Assembly: GCA_043228905.1 (NCBI GenBank)
Contig: JBHGNT010001338.1
Coordinates: 1-9,724 of the forward strand
Direction of reading: 5' to 3'
DNA: 9,724 nucleotides
Origin: Azolla caroliniana
Lineage: Eukaryota; Plantae; Polypodiophyta
The notes beneath the pieces are model-generated. The model had not been told where the DNA came from. It saw nothing but the letters and a program-made list of their open reading frames with translations, and ran no database searches. The translations under genes were made by a program, and so were the position numbers. The number at the start of each line of letters is the position of its first letter. Position 1 is the stretch's first letter. Positions 7,229 to 9,724 of the stretch are shown in pieces.

Positions 7229-8320
7229 ATATAATCTTGCTAGTTGGCTTTAAAACAAGTTTCATCATGAACTACATTTTATTGACTAATATTCATATTT
7301 GACGTATTCCTTTGAAGTGAACGAACTCAATAGTTTATGCAAATCATATTTTAAATCCAAATTGTCATTGTATAACTTTTTAGTTGGCATTAAAACATGT
7401 AGGTTTCAAAGTTACCAACAAGTTGGTGGAGTCACCCTTGAAGCATCTCTTTGATTTCTAAGTATGAATATTTCCCCTACATTCTCCCTTGCTTCCATCC
7501 CAATGGTATCATCAACAAACATCCCTAAGCATTCTTGGTTTTATTCCATATTAGGGAATTTATGGAGATAGTTTGTAGGTATTAATTTTGGTTGATTGTA
7601 ATTTAATTATCTTGTCAATACAATGATGCCAATCCCTTCATATAATCTATTTTGTGTCTCTAATAATTACATCTTTTAATCTTGCCCAAGTTCTTGTACA
7701 CCTAGTTTTTATAATGGAAGGTGAATTCCCAAACTCCAAAATCACGAGTTGATTGATTTGCAATAACCTCTTTAGTCATTTTAGGAAGATTTTTGTCCAT
7801 TCACTAGAAAACATCAAAAAACTATGTGCCATTTTTAATTAATTTAATCCTTAACATTGTACAACTCTCATTGCAATGTTCATTTTATATTGTGGAAAAT
7901 GCTTTGATGCATACGACAAATGTCGCCCCCGTAACCTCAGAGGCAAATTTTGCTATTATCTTCTCATTCTTTGTGCCTTCAAGAAAGAACATAGACTTAA
8001 TACTATTGCAAGATATCGATCTTTGAAGACACTCCTCATATTGGAACCAAGGTCATAGATGTTGTACACCAATTTATTGTCATCATCAAATATGTTGTAC
8101 CATTTTGATATCACTAAAAAGTTTGGACCCAAGTTTGGACTACCTGCTTCCGCAGAGAGCAAAATATTTTTAAGCTGAGATTAATTGAAAACTGCGTGAG
8201 TTCGAAACTAATATATATCTTCAATTTTCAGCATTGGTATAGATGTTTAAATGAAGATGTATATTCAGAGATTGAAAATAATGTTGTGATTCTACAAAAT
8301 GTCATCAAAACATGGACTAG

Positions 8321-8946
8321 TTACTCTATATAGAACCTATGCAACATAGTATGTATGTAAACTTGACCAGGATTATAAACAACTGATGGAAATTTGGGCT
8401 GATTCACTGCATTTGGGAGGCCTTGAGTTTCCAAGCACAATCCACTATGCTTTTTGTATCTAGCACCATTTTTTCCCTTTGTATCAGAAATGAAATTCCC
8501 TGTGTAGAATTGCATACCACGGGCATTTGTAAGCAAATCCATGGCTCGACCACTGGTCGGATCTTTCACCATGGCAGCCAAATAGAGACCACCTTCAGCT
8601 TCCGGGTTACCATTGAGTACAAAATTATGGTCATACCCTCCACTAACATCCTTCATTTGATCACGGATCTCGTGTGGTTTTCTAAAGTCAAAGGGAGTGC
8701 CATTCACAGACAACATTTCACCAGTCGGTATCAAGTCATTGTCTACTGGAGTTATATAATCTGCCTTAATGCAAACATTATGCCCTAATATATCTCCGTT
8801 TCCATGCCCACTGAGATTCCAATATGTATGTTGTGCAAGGCTTATGGGAGTAGATTTCTTCACCGGAACAGCTTTCATCTCAGTCAGAAGTTCATAGTCT
8901 CCGCTAAGAGTATATGTCACAGATACATCAACATCGCCAGGGAAAC
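8321..8946 (-). CDS. GALM: Aldose 1-epimerase last exon
   Basis: Acceptor TTTCAG|GT TTC CCT GGC on the - strand at 8947/8946; TAA at 8323-8321; overlaps supplied ORF 8321..8920. Confidence 0.95.
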
Positions 8947-9346
8947 CTGAAACATTACATGCCCTAAATCTTCCATTAAATCGGTAAAAAGCAATTAAAA
9001 CATTCCAAACAGATATTTTTAATTACCTTCCTCTCCATCAAAGCTATGATAGAGAAATTGTACAGAAGGATTTGGATACTCTTTCAACTCCTTCACCTCC
9101 CACAGAACTTTATCAAACCCTCTTTTCCCACCTAGATTGACAAACAAGGATGCAGGTATTCGTAATTTTATTCCATGTTAGAAGATAGAACAAATCTGAT
9201 AATCTTCACAAACCATGTAATGTTATGTCAGGATTATTGCTTGTAGCAACTAGCTTGTGTTTCTCTCCATTTATCGTGATTGATGCACCACTGATTCGAT
9301 TTGCAACCCTTCCAACAAGGCTTCCAAAATATAGAGACGGTTCATC
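8321..9346 (-). CDS. GALM: Aldose 1-epimerase (galactose mutarotase), 5'-truncated by window; exons 9346-9214, 9131-9027, 8946-8321
   Basis: Spliced translation DEPSLYFGSLVGRVANRISGASITINGEKHKLVATSNNPDITLHG|GKRGFDKVLWEVKELKEYPNPSVQFLYHSFDGEEG|FPGDVDVSVTYTL...AQHTYWNLSG...GYDHNFVL...MQFYTGN...LCLETQGLPNAVN...RFYIE*. Motifs GRVANRI, LHGG, HTYWNL, GYDHN, QFYTGN and CLETQ are intact; GT..AG introns with matching phases. Confidence 0.95.
9027..9131 (-). CDS. GALM: Aldose 1-epimerase internal exon (GKRGFDKVLW...DGEEG)
   Basis: Acceptor TCTAG|, donor G|GTAATT on the - strand; 105 nt. Confidence 0.92.
9214..9346 (-). CDS. GALM: Aldose 1-epimerase internal exon (DEPSLYFG...GRVANRI...TLHG)
   Basis: Acceptor GCATAG|, donor G|GTTTGT on the - strand; 133 nt. 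Confidence 0.92.
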
Positions 9347-9390
9347 CTATGCAAAGAAGAAACATCATGAAACATAGTAACAATCTCTTA

Positions 9391-9603
9391 TGTCACACGG
9401 GTCCCAATCTTGGGCAAAAACTGGAATTAACACCATCATATATGTGCATCACACTAAATATCACATGCAGCTGGTATTGACACCATCATATATAAATATG
9501 ATATATCAAACTACCATATATAACATGTAGAATTTATAGTATACTACACACAAACTACCATATATAATACATCGAATGTGGCATAAAACTGTATAATGTG
9601 ACA
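9391..9603. mobile_element. Candidate small insertion (MITE-like or solo-LTR-like) in an aldose epimerase intron
   Basis: TGTCACA (9391-9397) and TGTGACA (9597-9603) are terminal inverted repeats, each flanked by TA; internal repeats CACCATCATATAT x2 and CAAACTACCATATATAA x2. Confidence 0.4.
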
Positions 9604-9724
9604 TATATAAGTGGGCTACTGACAGTCCATGCTTCATAAAGAGATTTAACAAGTCAAACTTATAGAAATAACTCTTACAGATACCAAACTTCGTTCCCCC
9701 TCACTCTTGCATATGCACTGGCAT

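Larger units (their letters stand above)
5981..7400 (+). repeat. Degenerate tandem repeat (copies starting at ~5981 [partial], ~6059 and ~7266), copy 2 interrupted by the LTR element
   Basis: Shared core ACATTTWATTGWYYAAYATTCATATTKG...TGAAGTG; copy 2 resumes after 7232 (AATCTTGCTAGTTGGC) and is collinear with copy 3 (AACTTTTTAGTTGGC). Confidence 0.8.

Noticed and set aside
7420-8162. ORFs 7826..8026, 7876..8058 and 7956..8162, and stop-riddled - strand frames
   Set aside because: No identifiable domain. Possibly decayed transposon sequence, but not supportable by eye.
8423-8788. ORF of 121 aa on the + strand
   Set aside because: Antisense shadow of the aldose 1-epimerase last exon.

Overview
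AT-rich eukaryotic (land-plant-type) genomic DNA containing two convergent, intron-containing genes. On the + strand is a complete 9-exon gene (ATG 450 or 465, stop 5597; ~317-322 aa) for a YrdC/Sua5-fold protein of the YciO-like subgroup, with an N-terminal transit-peptide-like extension. On the - strand are the last three exons (9346-8321) of an aldose 1-epimerase (galactose mutarotase). Between them lies a 1062-bp non-autonomous LTR retroelement (6167-7228, - strand). It has TG..CA LTRs, a 4-bp ATAT target-site duplication, a tRNA-Ala-type primer-binding site and a patchwork of decayed Ty3/gypsy integrase fragments, and it is inserted into an older tandem repeat. The introns carry mini- and microsatellites, an old duplication, a structured GC-rich island with poison-exon features, and a small inverted-repeat-bounded insert. 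Most ORFs in the supplied track are antisense or intronic artefacts. I find no clear new biological system. The strongest novelty candidates are the mini-retroelement, the out-of-frame upstream ATGs of the YciO-like gene, and the structured cryptic exon.
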